IMG/VR virus record: IMGVR_UViG_3300037010_000803
Span: 1-56,652 of that record
DNA length: 56,652 nt
DNA from: a virus
Lineage: Duplodnaviria > Caudoviricetes
Direction: 5' to 3' (one strand)
Shown: one piece after another, positions 54,692 through 56,652 of the stretch
Layout: every line of letters begins with the position of its first letter
How positions within the stretch are numbered: the stretch's first letter is position 1
Position numbers and translations under genes: made by a program
The notes under the pieces: model-generated
Seen by the model: the letters and a program-made list of their open reading frames with translations, nothing else
Database searches by the model: none
What the model was told of the DNA's origin: nothing

Positions 54692-55204
54692 TCAGGAATC
54701 CTTAACAACTGGCCCAATCACCTCGCGAAACTCATACAACTTGGCGCAGTATTTCACGGCGTCCTTCCAGGGCAGATGGAACTTGCGGATTGTCGGAAGC
54801 GCCGGGGCTTCAGGGTATCTGCCGGAATCCCACAACTGGCGCAAGAGCTTCTTCGAGAAAATGAATAGATGCCGGTAGTTCCCTTGAATATAAAGCCAAG
54901 TGTTGTCATCGCGCAAAATCCCCGAAGGCGTCCACGACGGCATATCTGCGCGGCTCTTCTCGTATAACTCTATGCTTAGATTCCCCGTACCATAGCTTCC
55001 CGGCCCGCTGCGTTCATCGAACTTGATTTCAAATCCCTGCAAGTTCTCGCCGACCTCTATTTGGTATTTCATGCTACACAAGTTTTGTAGCACAATATGG
55101 TCCCGCGCCAAGGTAGAGCATACGAAATCCTGGAACGCAAGGCCGGTCTGAAATGACTCCGGGCGGCGCTCGTTTGGGTAGCTAGGCTTCGTTGCCGTAA
55201 ACAT
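54692..55204 (-). CDS. Putative PD-(D/E)XK-like nuclease
   Basis: GLAFQDFV...GFEIKFD...TGNLSIE pattern; overlaps the upstream MTase stop. Confidence 0.5.
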   Translation of the reverse strand: MFTATKPSYPNERRPESFQTGLAFQDFVCSTLARDHIVLQNLCSMKYQIEVGENLQGFEIKFDERSGPGSYGTGNLSIELYEKSRADMPSWTPSGILRDDNTWLYIQGNYRHLFIFSKKLLRQLWDSGRYPEAPALPTIRKFHLPWKDAVKYCAKLYEFREVIGPVVKDS

Positions 55205-56348
55205 CCCATCCCTCCACTTTCGTTCTGGCGAATAGCTCAACACGCTTCCCGCTTGGGTAGAGCGTGTCAATGATGGCCCGGAATGTCTCCGGCTTCTTGC
55301 TGTGCTCAGTCCGCTCTTCACTGACTACGCTGTCAAAGAGCTTGCGAACTTCCGGCTGGCAACTGCCCTTGACGCATATCAAGAGGAACTCATGCCTCAC
55401 GCTGTTGTAGTGGCCCATGTTATGCTTGATTTTATCCCACACGAAGGAAGACTTGTACTTGAATCCCCACGCCTTCACGACCTCGAAGGCTTCTTCGAGA
55501 ATAGGACTCGTGGCCCACAGAAACAAGACGGCGTTGTCTTCAGTGATTCCGCTTATAGGAAGCGCGCAGATTTCAGCTAGGGACATGACGGGGTAGTAAT
55601 CCCTTGGCTCTGTTGAGCCTTCCGGCATTGTATTCCCATAAGACCACGGCGGGTCAGCATAAATCACCCTGTACTTGGCATCGGGCAGGCTGGCCTTCTT
55701 CGTGATTTCTTCAGCCTTTTCTTGCCGTAGCACTTCCGTGAGCTTGGCATCCCCATTCAGGATGGCCTTTGCTTTCTCCGGCGCTTTTTCTAGCAGCGCC
55801 GCCGCCTTTACTATCGCGGCCCTTGGTGGTGCAACTCCGGCCACCACCTTCTTTTCAATGGACTTGTCCACGGCCTTGGTCTTTTCCACTGCTTCCGCGA
55901 ATTGCCCGGCGCGCTTGACCGTTTTAGGGTCCACGCCAAACTCATCGGCCAGCCGCTCGGCCTGATTCACCGGGGGGACATTTTGTCCCCCCGATTTTTG
56001 ATTTCCATGGCCACCATCATGTCTCTTCGTTCTGTTGTAGCACCGGCCCATGAGTAGATGGCGCTGGTCAGGCTTGAGATTCCGGCGGCCCAACTGATTC
56101 CGGTCAATCCAATCCATGGCCGCGTCCCTGTCAGCGCAATCCACTTCCGTGATTTCGTATTCCAGCCCGTGCTTTTTTGCTATCTCTAGCCTGTTGTGGC
56201 CGTCCAGAAGAATCCATTCACCACGCCAAACTTTCACGGCGTCCAGAATACCGTCGCGTAGAATGTTAGCTTCTAGCTGTGAATACTCTTCATCGGTCAA
56301 GGGTGGAATCAAGGCTTTGAACTCAGGGTCAATACGAATCGGCTCCAT
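55182..56348 (-). CDS. ParB/Spo0J-domain plus MT-A70 (IME4-like) adenine methyltransferase
   Basis: LLDGHNRL ParB, HTH, YRVIYADPPWSY, LFLWAT, HSKKPE, ELFAR. Confidence 0.9.
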   Translation of the reverse strand: MEPIRIDPEFKALIPPLTDEEYSQLEANILRDGILDAVKVWRGEWILLDGHNRLEIAKKHGLEYEITEVDCADRDAAMDWIDRNQLGRRNLKPDQRHLLMGRCYNRTKRHDGGHGNQKSGGQNVPPVNQAERLADEFGVDPKTVKRAGQFAEAVEKTKAVDKSIEKKVVAGVAPPRAAIVKAAALLEKAPEKAKAILNGDAKLTEVLRQEKAEEITKKASLPDAKYRVIYADPPWSYGNTMPEGSTEPRDYYPVMSLAEICALPISGITEDNAVLFLWATSPILEEAFEVVKAWGFKYKSSFVWDKIKHNMGHYNSVRHEFLLICVKGSCQPEVRKLFDSVVSEERTEHSKKPETFRAIIDTLYPSGKRVELFARTKVEGWDVYGNEA

Positions 56349-56599
56349 CTCGGTCTCCTTTTTTTCTTCAAGCTACACCGCCCCCAATCCCTAATCATAA
56401 CTACGAAGCAATGCAGTAGCAGAATCAGTCTAGCGCGGTACAGATTCTATGATTTTGGACCAGGACGCTGGGGACGGTGCAGGATCAACTACCTGCTCGT
56501 TGCCTGGATTTGCTAGACAAGCCGTACGTTTTGGGCTCAGGAGACATACGGACTCAGACACCCGCCGATTTCTCGGACTGCATTTTATGTCGTGGGAAA

Positions 56600-56652
56600 T
56601 GAAGAAGCCCTGGGGCTGTCGGACCCAGGGCCTGAACAGTCGCGGTGAAAGG
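56600..56652 (-). ncRNA. 3' part of the C4/CI-like leader of unit B (truncated by the window)
   Basis: GCCCTGGGGCTGTCGGACCCAGGGC identical to 20929-20953. Confidence 0.5.

Larger units (their letters stand above)
21210..56652 (-). mobile_element. Phage genome unit B, near-complete ~35.5 kb siphovirus-like genome
   Basis: Full gene order early-replication-packaging-head-tail-lysis; the last ~50 bp match the leader at 20925-20965, so the window ends near the start of this unit. Confidence 0.9.

Noticed and set aside
1-56652. Diversity-generating retroelement or retron explaining the duplicated variants
   Set aside because: No reverse-transcriptase motif seen, and differences between copies are not adenine-specific.
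1-56652. tRNA or rRNA genes
   Set aside because: No cloverleaf with T-loop consensus noticed in the few intergenic gaps.

Overview
The whole window is tailed-phage DNA with no recognisable host genes. It holds two related but mosaic siphovirus-like genomes in head-to-tail tandem, almost all on the minus strand. Unit B (>56652 to ~21210) is an essentially complete ~35.5 kb genome: early/recombination, replication, DNA modification, terminase, portal-MuF, protease, capsid, tail and lysis genes. Unit A (~21100 to <1) is a second variant cut off just after the capsid gene; position 1 recurs at 34525. I see no integrase, CI-type repressor or att site. Four signals stand out. (1) A 105-bp junction block (21105-21208) upstream of the first early promoter carries copies of BOTH iteron types found inside the two different replication-initiator genes. 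(2) C4/CI-antisense-like structured RNA leaders follow two early promoters, with compensatory base changes between the units. (3) A B12-binding-like radical SAM enzyme plus a truncated ParB protein in unit A occupy the slot of a ParB-DNA methyltransferase fusion in unit B. (4) Tail-region proteins carry apparent Sec signal peptides next to an outer-membrane beta-barrel gene. Product calls come from recognising motifs by eye, not from database searches. Sequence alone cannot tell whether the tandem is real or a strain-chimeric assembly.
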